Position numbers and translations under genes: made by a program. A stretch of 64,000 nucleotides of DNA from Treponemataceae bacterium (lineage in GTDB: Bacteria; Spirochaetota; Spirochaetia; Treponematales; Rectinemataceae), in assembly GCA_963678065.2 (NCBI GenBank), contig CAXXVZ010000003.1, forward strand, positions 608,001 through 672,000, written 5' to 3'. Shown piece by piece: positions 1 through 9,131 of the stretch; position 1 is the stretch's first letter, and each line of letters starts with the position of its first letter. The notes under the pieces are model-generated. The model was given only the letters and a program-made list of their open reading frames with translations, had not been told where the DNA came from and did not search any database.

Positions 1-1
1 C

Positions 2-220
2 TCATTGCGCCGCGGCGAGAAGCGCATCACGCCCGATGAGTATGCAGAACTCAATCGAAGTATCAGCGAGAGTTACCCAATAGAGCTTGGCGGATATAAC
101 CCGCCTAAATGCGGAGGCTGCCTCCGCGCTTGTTATACATCCCTCGAGCGGCGCGGTGTCCTCAGTACCTCGTTCGAGAATCGGTTTCGTACAGCTCCTG
201 CTTGGAAAAGGAAGGATTGA
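2..220 (+). CDS. C-terminal fragment of a QueG/reductive-dehalogenase-like Fe-S protein (5' end outside window)
   Basis: Open from the window edge. GYNPPKCGGCLRAC...FENRFRTAPAW parallels the C-terminus of the next gene (GYNASICGRSCWRAC...FMFPFRTKPEW). Confidence 0.75.
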   Translation, partial: SLRRGEKRITPDEYAELNRSISESYPIELGGYNPPKCGGCLRACYTSLERRGVLSTSFENRFRTAPAWKRKD

Positions 221-224
221 GACT

Positions 225-1235
225 ATGGCTATAACGTCGGAGTGGTTGAAGCGGGTCGCACATGAATACGGTGCCGACCTTGTCGGGATCGGAGATGTCT
301 CCCTATTCGAAGGGACTCCGAAGGAGCACGATCCGCGTTTTATTGCTCCTGCGGCGAAACGCATCATCGGGCTCGGGTTCAAGGTTCTCAGAGGCTCATT
401 GCGCGGCATTGAGGAAGGAACGCAGTTCTACCAATACTCCGAGATGGGAGTCGTGCATATCGATGAAGTGTTCGCTCCCACCGTAGCCCGCCGGGTGGCC
501 TGTGCGCTGGAAGATGCGGGCTACGAAGGGGTCCCGCTCCGGAGCGAACCTGACCGGGGCCCGCAAAGCGAATCCGGAACCAACCCCGAGCACGCTCCGA
601 CGGTGCGTCTCGATGCGGTCCCTGTCGCCCCCGGCAAGCCGGCGCCCGATGTCCTCGTCGACTTCCGCCAAGCCGCCGTAATCTGTGGTCTCGGGGAGAT
701 AGGGAAGGGGGGCTTCGTTCTGACAAAGGAGTTCGGACCTCTCCAGCGTTTTGTCTTTATCCTGACCGATGCCGCGCTCGATCCCGATCCTGTGGCGGTG
801 GGCGGCCTCTGCGATGGGTGTGAAGCGTGTATGCGCGCCTGCCCCGGGAAAGCCTACCGCGAGCAGGTCCCGGAACACTTCATCGTACAGGGAACCGAAC
901 ACGCATTCATTGATGTCGATCCATGGCAGTGCGCGTCATTCTATATGGGGGCCAATCCTGCCACGAATCCCTTCATGTCCGACATTCTCCTTGAAAAGTC
1001 ACCGTTCAAAAGCCATGCACTCACGGGTAACGTCCGGTTTGGCGAGAACGAGTTTCGTCCGCTCAAAGATTTTCTCGAAAGTGCCTATCCCGGCATGCGC
1101 TTTGGCTACAACGCGTCGATATGCGGACGTTCCTGTTGGAGGGCATGTCTCGTCCAGCTCGAACGACGAGACATACTGACTCACAAGTTCATGTTCCCTT
1201 TCCGAACGAAGCCTGAATGGGAGTTGTCCCGGTGA
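225..1235 (+). CDS. Epoxyqueuosine reductase (QueG)/RdhA-like 4Fe-4S protein
   Basis: GADLVGIG N-terminus, AAVICGLGEIGKGG...FGPLQRF motif, CDGCEACMRACP ferredoxin motif plus later Cys cluster. ATG at 225, just after the upstream stop. Confidence 0.75.
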   Translation: MAITSEWLKRVAHEYGADLVGIGDVSLFEGTPKEHDPRFIAPAAKRIIGLGFKVLRGSLRGIEEGTQFYQYSEMGVVHIDEVFAPTVARRVACALEDAGYEGVPLRSEPDRGPQSESGTNPEHAPTVRLDAVPVAPGKPAPDVLVDFRQAAVICGLGEIGKGGFVLTKEFGPLQRFVFILTDAALDPDPVAVGGLCDGCEACMRACPGKAYREQVPEHFIVQGTEHAFIDVDPWQCASFYMGANPATNPFMSDILLEKSPFKSHALTGNVRFGENEFRPLKDFLESAYPGMRFGYNASICGRSCWRACLVQLERRDILTHKFMFPFRTKPEWELSR

Positions 1236-2227
1236 AACTGTCCGTAGGCTACTCGCTCATGGAGCGTGGTCGTTTTCTCGATGCAGTCGACCAATATACC
1301 GGGTCTATCGGCGAGGTGTATTTCTCGTGGCCAGGCACTCCCTCCGGGCGCACCGATATTCGAGAAAGGGATCCTGAGTACATCCTCGCAAAGATCGAGG
1401 CGCTTGGTGCCGATCTCGCACGCTTCGGCTCCTCAGGCATAAGGCTCATTCTTCTTCTCAATGGTAGCTGTTACGGAGAACTCGCCCTGAGCGACGCACT
1501 TGCGGCTTCTGTCCTTGAGTCCATCTCTCGAGTTCTCGGAGCGGCCGGTCGGCTGGACGCGGTGACAACAGCCTCGCCCTTCATCGCCAGCATTGTCCGC
1601 GCAGCTTTTCCCTCTATAGAAATTCGGGCATCGGTCAATATGAGGGTCGGGACAATCGAAGCCATGGAGTACCTTGCCGAACGTTTCGATGGTTTCTACG
1701 TTCAAAAGGAGCAGAACAGGAATCTCGACATCCTTCGGGAGATGCGGGAATGGGCCGCTCTGAATGGGAAAAAAATCTATCTTCTCGCGAACTCAGGTTG
1801 CCTGAACTGGTGTCCAAACCAGGTTTTTCACGACAATCTCGTCTCGCATGAGCTTGGACTGCGCGGACTCACCCGGAAAGGTTTCGAACCCATTATGTGT
1901 CGGGCATATCTCGAGCGAAGCAAGGATTGGGCTCGCTTGCTTAGTTGCAGCAACTGGATACGACCTGAGGATGCGGACCGATATGAACCACTCGTCGATG
2001 GCCTGAAACTGGCGACTCGAATGCATGCCAGGCCCGATCTTGTGATCGCGGCTTACGCGAGACGATCTTTTTCCGGAAACGTACTGGATTTGCTGGAACC
2101 AGGTTTCTCTGACCTGCTCTATCCTTCCATCCTTCGGAACGAAGAATTTCCCGATGATTGGCAAAGTCTGGTCCGGGGAAAGGAGGTGGAAAATCTCTTG
2201 TCAAGGGTCATGAAAGTCCTCGCATGA
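1232..2227 (+). CDS. U32 peptidase-family (Fe-S) protein
   Basis: GTG overlaps the upstream TGA. EVYF, LLLNGSC, IRASVN, LANSGCLNWCP, WIRPED and LKLATR motifs resemble the U32 family. Confidence 0.65.
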   Translation: MKLSVGYSLMERGRFLDAVDQYTGSIGEVYFSWPGTPSGRTDIRERDPEYILAKIEALGADLARFGSSGIRLILLLNGSCYGELALSDALAASVLESISRVLGAAGRLDAVTTASPFIASIVRAAFPSIEIRASVNMRVGTIEAMEYLAERFDGFYVQKEQNRNLDILREMREWAALNGKKIYLLANSGCLNWCPNQVFHDNLVSHELGLRGLTRKGFEPIMCRAYLERSKDWARLLSCSNWIRPEDADRYEPLVDGLKLATRMHARPDLVIAAYARRSFSGNVLDLLEPGFSDLLYPSILRNEEFPDDWQSLVRGKEVENLLSRVMKVLA

Positions 2228-2273
2228 TTCACCGCGGGGGAAAATCATACGTTTGAGTAGGGAGGCGATGGGT

Positions 2274-3581
2274 ATGAAAAGATGGGCAATCGTCGTGCTG
2301 ATCGCACTGACGACACTGGCTTTCACGGCAATTCCGGCGGCTGCACAGGATGAAGGCTATGCGCTGACGGTATGGAAATTCGGCGGAGTTCGCATTGAAA
2401 AGGCATTTGCGGTGACGCGGGCAAATGAGTGGAATACGCTCCATCCCGACATGAAGGTGAAATGGGTAGAGTACGACTGGGGCGCCCGTACGGAAAAAAT
2501 CGTCAGTGCGCTTTCAAACGGTCGCTTGCCCGACATCATCGTCGTGGACACTCAGAGCATCCCGGACTTCGCTAATATGGGCGTCATCAAGGCTATAAGC
2601 GACCTGGACGCAGGCTACGTCGCGAAATGGAAAAAGTTATTCGTACCGGAAGCCTTCGACCTCGGCTACTACGGTGGGAAGTACTACGGGTTCTCGACCT
2701 ATGTGGATATCGCGACCTTTCTCGCGTATAACACTGAACAGGTCCGGAAGGCGGGGCTGGTCGACGAAGAGGGCGATGCGACACCCCCCCGCACATGGGA
2801 CGAACTCATTTCCTACTGTAAAAAGATCCAGTCAAAAGGTCGGATGGCTATAGCACTCTCCTGCACGCAGAATGTATGCGACGTCAATATGCTCGAGGGC
2901 ATAGCGTACGCAAACGGTGGACGCTGGCTCGACGAGAAAGGCAACATCGCTGTGAACCAGGCGGGATTCGTCGACGCTCTCAGGCTCTACAAGACGCTGA
3001 GCGAGTACGCATTGCCTGGCTTCATCGAGTCAAACTACCGGGACAATGCAGTTCAATTTTTCAATAAGCAAGCCGCCATGTATCCGGCCCTCTCATGGGT
3101 CGGCGTGTTCAACACCGAACTGCAAGTTCCAGTGGATTTCTCGTACCGAATGACGGTTTTCCCGACAAACCCCAAGCCTACGGGACGTTTCACGCCGGTG
3201 AGCGGCATCATGACCGGCACCTTCTGTCCTATGATCACAACAAATTGTAAAAACAATGCTGTCGCCCTGAAATTCATCGACTTCTGGACTGAGGACAAGA
3301 GTCTCCTCGCCTGGGATGGTTCAGTGCAATTCGGACGCGTTCCAACGGGAGTAGTGGCCTGGAAAGGCAAGTCGATCGGGAAATACTGGCCAGATCTCAA
3401 AAAGAAATATGATGAGGGAACCCTTTTCAGGGGCGTTCAGCCCATGCCCGCATTCCCCGGCCTGAGCTCCGGTCAGACCTACCTCGCCGAGGCGATGCAG
3501 GAGGTGCTTCTTGGCGTATCCGAACCGCAGGCCGCGCTTGACAAAGTCGCGACCAGACTCAAAGCGGTGATGAAGAAATAA
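2274..3581 (+). CDS. Carbohydrate ABC transporter substrate-binding protein
   Basis: Signal peptide, LPDII and PPRTWDEL motifs, GGAGG RBS at 2261, followed by two permeases. Confidence 0.9.
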   Translation: MKRWAIVVLIALTTLAFTAIPAAAQDEGYALTVWKFGGVRIEKAFAVTRANEWNTLHPDMKVKWVEYDWGARTEKIVSALSNGRLPDIIVVDTQSIPDFANMGVIKAISDLDAGYVAKWKKLFVPEAFDLGYYGGKYYGFSTYVDIATFLAYNTEQVRKAGLVDEEGDATPPRTWDELISYCKKIQSKGRMAIALSCTQNVCDVNMLEGIAYANGGRWLDEKGNIAVNQAGFVDALRLYKTLSEYALPGFIESNYRDNAVQFFNKQAAMYPALSWVGVFNTELQVPVDFSYRMTVFPTNPKPTGRFTPVSGIMTGTFCPMITTNCKNNAVALKFIDFWTEDKSLLAWDGSVQFGRVPTGVVAWKGKSIGKYWPDLKKKYDEGTLFRGVQPMPAFPGLSSGQTYLAEAMQEVLLGVSEPQAALDKVATRLKAVMKK

Positions 3582-3656
3582 GTATTCGAGTACGTGGCGG
3601 ATCGGTTCTCCCTCGAAAGGGGGAGGCCGGCCGAACCGGATCGAGGCAGGGGAGCC

Positions 3657-4565
3657 ATGAACCGTCAAAAGAAAATATTTGCCTTTGTATGTATCGCGCC
3701 GGTAGTGCTTTTCGTTGTGTCCTTCATCATCTATCCGGTCGTCGATCTGTTCAGGTTGAGCATGACGGACAAGGTTCTCACAGACCCTGGGAGCGGTGGT
3801 TTCGTCGGTCTCGCCTCGTATGTCCGGGTATTTTCGGACAATGTAACCTTCCTCGCTCTCAAGAATACTCTTGTCTACGTGGGAGGAGGCGTGGCCCTTA
3901 CGCTCGTACTCGGACTCATCGCCGGGCTGGTCCTGAGCGAGGATAGCCTCATGACAAAAATTACCACTGGTCTCATTCTGATTCCATGGGCTTTGCCGCC
4001 CGTCATCATTGCTTCAGTGTGGAAATGGATGCTCCATCCCCAGCTCGGTGTCATCAACGACCTTCTTGTGAAAACCGGGATCCTTGCAAGTCCGGTTCCT
4101 TTCCTCAGCAAGCCGGGCACAGCACTGTATGTCCTCACTATCGTGCTCGCGTGGCGGCTTTTCCCCTTCGAGGGGATAATGCTGGCAGCTGGAATGAAGG
4201 GTATCCCGATCGAGCGGTATGAGGCCGCTCTGGTTGACGGGGCGAATGGCTTCCAGCGTTTTCGGTTCATCACACTGCCAGGGATCAAGTCCCTCATATT
4301 GACGACGACAATTATGAATACGGTCTGGATACTGAACAGTATCGCGCTGGTACTCATCATGACCGGCGGTGGACCGCTTCACTACACCGAGCTGCTTTCG
4401 ACCCTGATCTATAAAACCGGATTCCAGCATTATCGCTTTGGAGAGGCTTCGGCCCTGTCGGTCCTCAACTTCTTGATCATTCTGGCTCTCACAATGATGT
4501 ATCTGCGTCTGTTCAGGGATAGATCGAAGCACATGATCGCGGCCAAAGCGGGAGGCGCCCGATGA
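3657..4565 (+). CDS. Carbohydrate ABC transporter permease (MalF-like)
   Basis: Multiple TM segments; EAA motif YEAALVDGANGFQRFRFITLP; MTGGGP. Confidence 0.92.
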   Translation: MNRQKKIFAFVCIAPVVLFVVSFIIYPVVDLFRLSMTDKVLTDPGSGGFVGLASYVRVFSDNVTFLALKNTLVYVGGGVALTLVLGLIAGLVLSEDSLMTKITTGLILIPWALPPVIIASVWKWMLHPQLGVINDLLVKTGILASPVPFLSKPGTALYVLTIVLAWRLFPFEGIMLAAGMKGIPIERYEAALVDGANGFQRFRFITLPGIKSLILTTTIMNTVWILNSIALVLIMTGGGPLHYTELLSTLIYKTGFQHYRFGEASALSVLNFLIILALTMMYLRLFRDRSKHMIAAKAGGAR

Positions 4566-5419
4566 GCAATCGAAAGGTTTCAGCGCGCACGGCGGCACGA
4601 CGGCAGGGACGTAACCTGCTCTGTATAGTCATTCTTCTGATCGTCCTCTTCCCCTTTCTCTGGATTTTGGTTTCTTCGTTCAAAGGAATCGCCGAAGTCC
4701 AAAAAGTACCGATCGAGTACATTCCGAAGAATCCGACGCTCGAAACCTACAAGTCCGTACTGTTCGACTACAGGAATGGAAGCTGGATCAGCTATCTCCT
4801 GAATAGCCTCAAGATTGCCGTTATCACGACCCTCATTGTGACATTCCTGTCGGCCCTCAGCGGATATGCATTCTCGCGCATTCATTTCAAAGGCGCAGAT
4901 GCGCTCCTCATCCTTCTACTCGTCACCCAGATGTTTCCCGGTCCCTCAATACTCATCCCTTTATACGGAATGATGGACCGTTTGAAGCTCGTGGACACGC
5001 ATTTTGCCCTCATTCTCATCAATATGGCATTTACGCTACCATTCGCCGTTTGGATGTCGATGGGCTGCTATGAAAACATCCCGAACGATATGGAAGAGGC
5101 TGCATATATCGACGGTTGCAGCGTACTCAAGGCGTACTGGCTTATCGTTTTCCCTGTTTCAAAAATCGGTCTCGTCGCAGTCGCCCTTTACACCTTCATC
5201 ATTACCTGGGCCGAGTATATCTTCACTCTTGTAATCCTTGAATCGAAAGAAAAAGCGACAGTATCGCTGAAACTGGGCGCCATGGTCTCCGAGATTACCG
5301 TTCATTGGAATGAAATCAGCGCTGCTACCATAATTGTCTCTCTGCCTCTTCTTGTTTTCTTCCTCTGGGCACAGCGGTACTACGTAAGCGGCGTTATCGC
5401 AGGAGCAGTAAAGGAATAA
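4562..5419 (+). CDS. Carbohydrate ABC transporter permease (MalG-like)
   Basis: EEAAYIDGCS EAA motif; ends GAVKE; ATGA overlap with upstream gene. Confidence 0.92.
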   Translation: MSNRKVSARTAARRQGRNLLCIVILLIVLFPFLWILVSSFKGIAEVQKVPIEYIPKNPTLETYKSVLFDYRNGSWISYLLNSLKIAVITTLIVTFLSALSGYAFSRIHFKGADALLILLLVTQMFPGPSILIPLYGMMDRLKLVDTHFALILINMAFTLPFAVWMSMGCYENIPNDMEEAAYIDGCSVLKAYWLIVFPVSKIGLVAVALYTFIITWAEYIFTLVILESKEKATVSLKLGAMVSEITVHWNEISAATIIVSLPLLVFFLWAQRYYVSGVIAGAVKE

Positions 5420-5590
5420 AGTTGAAAGGAATTGATAAGCTCCTTCGCTTCTCTTCCATACATGTCGACACATGTCGACGGTTCCCAAAGACTTAAGTCA
5501 TGAAGAAGTCCTCCAGACAGGGAAACGGGTCCAAGGCCGCATTCACCAGACCTTTTCCACAGTAAATAGACAATATGTAGACAGATAATG

Positions 5591-5619
5591 TTGACAGATT
5601 GTAAAGTCAATCCTATACT
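5591..5619 (+). promoter_or_regulatory. Sigma70-type promoter of the YheO/tld/opp operon
   Basis: TTGACA (5591-5596), 17-bp spacer, TATACT (5614-5619). Confidence 0.7.
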
Positions 5620-5702
5620 TACCTGACTGAAGGCTTGGTATCCACTGGCAGCATCAGCGCCGCTGGACTGATTGCCTTTGGACGAAGAGGCGGGATGGGA
5701 TC

Positions 5703-6326
5703 ATGAAGCGGGAAGAAGTCTACGTTTTCTTGTGCAATTTGGCGGAAGGAATAGCTGAAACCTTCGGTCCGAACTGCGAGACCCTCATCCACGACCTGAG
5801 TGTTCCGGATCATCCGATATTGAAGATATGCAACAACGGAGTTTCGGGAAGGGAAGTCGGATCAACCGAGGATATCTATGGAGGCGAGTTCGACCCCGCC
5901 ATGGAGAGGCCATTCATAGGATCCGATTATGTGAATCACCTGGTAATCACGAAAAAAGGCAAGAAGGTGAAAACGTCGACATGGGTGCTGAAGGGCGACA
6001 GCTATCGCTTCGGGTTCGGCGTCAATTACGACTTCACCGATATGGAGGCCATGACCAGAACCCTGGAGTCCTTCATTCGCGTCAACTCGGATCTTGAAGA
6101 GGCGATTACCGAAGACAACAAGGGCAATCAGCTGGAACTCAAAGTCAAAGCCTGCATCGATGCGATGGGCAAGCGGGTAGATGAAATGACAAAGCAGGAT
6201 CGCCTCGAGATCATCAGGCGGCTGCAGGGCATGAACATATTTCGATTCCAGAAGGCGGTTCCCTATGTCGCCGAAAAGCTGGAAGTGTCGCGCTACACCG
6301 TCTACAAGTATCTCAACGAAGCCTGA
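5703..6326 (+). CDS. YheO/DauR-like PAS + HTH transcriptional regulator
   Basis: FGPNCETLIHD...NNGVSGREVG PAS region; C-terminal VAEKLEVSRYTVYKYL HTH. Confidence 0.9.
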   Translation: MKREEVYVFLCNLAEGIAETFGPNCETLIHDLSVPDHPILKICNNGVSGREVGSTEDIYGGEFDPAMERPFIGSDYVNHLVITKKGKKVKTSTWVLKGDSYRFGFGVNYDFTDMEAMTRTLESFIRVNSDLEEAITEDNKGNQLELKVKACIDAMGKRVDEMTKQDRLEIIRRLQGMNIFRFQKAVPYVAEKLEVSRYTVYKYLNEA

Positions 6327-6338
6327 GGGTAGGGTGCC

Positions 6339-7718
6339 ATGCTGCAGCGCGACGAGTTGAACCTGATACTGCATAGGGCCCTGTCTTCAGGCGGAGATTT
6401 TTCCGAGCTGTTTTGGGAAGACCGGCGGGACACGAACATTCGCTGTGCAAAGCGAATGTTCGGGGGCATCACCTCCCTCCACATCCACGGGGCTGGCATC
6501 TACGTGCTGAAGGGTACCCGCAGCGTATATGTCCACACCAACGACACTAGCTTGGGCGGGCTCGTGCGGCTTGCCGAGCGGGCGGCCGATCTTCTCCCGC
6601 CTATGACCCCTTCCCGGCTTCCGGATATCCAATTCTCCCCCCACAGATACCCGACTCCGACTCCTGTCGAGATCTGGCCTCACACGGTCGACTTCGGCAG
6701 GAAGATCAAGATACTGAAAGAGATGGACGGGGCTGCAAGAGAGGCCGGAGGGGTCCGGAATCTCAACCTCGTGTACTTTGATTCGAACCAGCATATCCTC
6801 GTCGCGAACAGCGAAGGCCTGCTGACGGAAGACGACAGGGTCAGGACACGGGTCCGTCTGGATGCGACGGTCGAGGTCGGCACGGAGTCGCTCTTCGAGT
6901 TCAACGATTTCGTGGGCCCCTGCGGTTTCGAGCTGTTCGAGGGCGACTACGAGGCTTTCGCCCGGGGCCAGGTCGCTTCGATGACAGCCAGGCTCAAGGC
7001 CAGGCCCGCCGAATCCTGCGTCGTGCCGGTAGTGATCGAAGGGGGGAACGGGGGCGTGCTGTGGCACGAGGCCTGTGGCCACCCGCTCGAGGCCGAGAAC
7101 ATCGCCGTCGGATACGGGGAATTCGCCGGAAAGCTTGGGCAGAAGGTCGCCTCCGAAAAGGTAACGCTTGTCGACGACGGCGGCATCCCGGGGATGTACG
7201 GGTCGGAGGCTGTCGACGATGAGGGCCACCCCACCAGGAAGAACCTGCTCATCGAAAACGGCATTCTCAAGAGCTATCTCTGCGGACGGAAAGGTGCCCG
7301 CCTTTTGGGCATGGAGTCGACAGGGAGCGGCAGGAGGCAGAGCTACTGCTTCGCGCCGGCTTCCCGCATGCACAATACCTACCTTGCCGCCGGGGAAGAT
7401 GACGAGGAGGAGATGATCCGGTCCATGGATGAGGGCCTGTACGTCAAGGAATTGGGAGGCGGGGACAGCGGCGTCGAGTTCTCGATCGAGGTGAAGGAAG
7501 CCTATTGGGTCAGGAACGGATCGATCTCCCATCAGGTGAAGGGCATCACCTTGAGCGGGAACAGCATGGAGATGATCAAGCGCGTGGATCGGGTCGGGAG
7601 AATACTCGTGCCTGAAAAGGGGTCGTTTTGCGGCGCCTCTTCGGGATTGGTCCCCACCACAGCCTTCCAGCCGCGCATCCGGATTTCCGGAATGACGGTA
7701 GGCGGTACAAAACGATGA
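6339..7718 (+). CDS. tldD: TldD family metalloprotease
   Basis: GGDFSELFWE, HEACGHPLE (HExxxH), DDEG, TGSGRRQSY...RMHNTY, C-terminal FCG Cys ligand. Confidence 0.9.
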   Translation: MLQRDELNLILHRALSSGGDFSELFWEDRRDTNIRCAKRMFGGITSLHIHGAGIYVLKGTRSVYVHTNDTSLGGLVRLAERAADLLPPMTPSRLPDIQFSPHRYPTPTPVEIWPHTVDFGRKIKILKEMDGAAREAGGVRNLNLVYFDSNQHILVANSEGLLTEDDRVRTRVRLDATVEVGTESLFEFNDFVGPCGFELFEGDYEAFARGQVASMTARLKARPAESCVVPVVIEGGNGGVLWHEACGHPLEAENIAVGYGEFAGKLGQKVASEKVTLVDDGGIPGMYGSEAVDDEGHPTRKNLLIENGILKSYLCGRKGARLLGMESTGSGRRQSYCFAPASRMHNTYLAAGEDDEEEMIRSMDEGLYVKELGGGDSGVEFSIEVKEAYWVRNGSISHQVKGITLSGNSMEMIKRVDRVGRILVPEKGSFCGASSGLVPTTAFQPRIRISGMTVGGTKR

Positions 7719-9073
7719 CCGACATGACAGCGTTCCAGAAGGCCTTTGCCTCCCTTCCGCGTGGAGCCGTGGAAGCAGAAGTGAATGCCGAAAGCCATAG
7801 AATCGGCCAGGTGGAGGTTCACGGTGGAGCCGTGACCGGCGCCGACCGCTCCGAAGATGCGGCGCTGTACCTTCGGGTTTCGGGAGACAAGACGGGGTAT
7901 TCCTACACCCAGGATCTCCACGACGATCCCGTGAAGGTTCTGCGCGAAGCCTATGAGAACGGCCGGTTTTCCGAAAGCTCCTCGCCGGACGAAATCCACC
8001 GGGGTCCAGGCGCCGTCACCGTGGACCTCGGCCATATCGAGGCTGAACTCGATATCGATTCGCTCAGTTCTTATGGCCAGGCCTTCGAGCAGGATCTTTG
8101 CGCCTTTGACTCCAGGATATCCGAGGTATTCCTCTCCCTGCGGGCCGAGACGATCGGGATGCACACGGTCAATTCGCATGGCCTGGATGTCGGCTCGACG
8201 CGGCCCCTGTACATCCTGACGGCCGTGGCCAACTCCGGAAAGGGAGGCCGCCTGTATACGGCGAGCTACAACAGGACGGCCTCGGCCCTGGACCGTTTCA
8301 GCGTCGAGGATTTCGGCCACAACCTGGTGGAGATGCTGGAAAGCCAGTATGACCCGAAGCCTTTCCGCTCGGGTTCCTATAAGGCCATCCTCCACAGGAA
8401 CGTCGTCTACAACATCATGTCCACAGTTTGGCAGCTCTTTTCCGGCCAGCGATACCTGGAGGGTTCATCCCTGTTTTCGGGGAAGCTGGGCGGCAAGGTC
8501 GCCGCCGATTGCCTCAGGGTGAGGGACTATCCCTCCCGTCCGGACAGCGGCTTCGACATTGCCTGCGATTGCGAGGGCAGTTCGGGGGGAGTCGTCGACC
8601 TGCTGGATCGCGGCCTCTTCGTGGGCCTCATGCATAACCTGGCGACGGCCAAAGCTCTCGTGGCTAAACCGACGGGGAACGCCGGGCGCCGGCCCCTCCT
8701 TTCCGGGAACATCCCCACCGCCATCCAGGTAACGCCGCGAAACCTGTGCATCGAACCGGGCTTGCGCGGCCTCGGCGAGATGGTCGAAGGTCTGGAGGAC
8801 GGGATCCTCGTCACGGCAAGCTTCGATGTCTTCCATTCCATCAACATAGCCTCAGGAGCCTTCAGCATTCCATGCAAGGGCCTTGCCGTACGAAATGGGA
8901 GGCGGGAATCGGCTACAGGCCCTCTCGTGCTTACCGGCAGCTTGGGGGGCTTGCTGAAGGGAGTCGAGGAGGTCGGAAGGGATTTTTATATCGGGACCAT
9001 GCTGGCTCTGGACAACTACGGGATCGGAGCCTGCAGCCTGCAGGTCAATGAATTGAGCATCAGCGGGGCCTAG
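7715..9073 (+). CDS. pmbA: TldE/PmbA family protein
   Basis: ATGA overlap with tldD. DCEG, LMHNLATA...PTGNA and HSINIASGAFS motifs; lacks HExxxH. Confidence 0.85.
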   Translation: MTDMTAFQKAFASLPRGAVEAEVNAESHRIGQVEVHGGAVTGADRSEDAALYLRVSGDKTGYSYTQDLHDDPVKVLREAYENGRFSESSSPDEIHRGPGAVTVDLGHIEAELDIDSLSSYGQAFEQDLCAFDSRISEVFLSLRAETIGMHTVNSHGLDVGSTRPLYILTAVANSGKGGRLYTASYNRTASALDRFSVEDFGHNLVEMLESQYDPKPFRSGSYKAILHRNVVYNIMSTVWQLFSGQRYLEGSSLFSGKLGGKVAADCLRVRDYPSRPDSGFDIACDCEGSSGGVVDLLDRGLFVGLMHNLATAKALVAKPTGNAGRRPLLSGNIPTAIQVTPRNLCIEPGLRGLGEMVEGLEDGILVTASFDVFHSINIASGAFSIPCKGLAVRNGRRESATGPLVLTGSLGGLLKGVEEVGRDFYIGTMLALDNYGIGACSLQVNELSISGA

Positions 9074-9131
9074 AGCGACCGAATCACTACAAGGCCCGCT
9101 TATAAGAGTTCTTGATCAAGGAGGAACTGCT

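Noticed and set aside
87..224. N-terminal extensions given by the ORF track (also at 7628, 10616, 16869, 23982, 43752, 58032)
   Set aside because: They overlap upstream genes; downstream starts with an RBS or stop/start overlap fit better.
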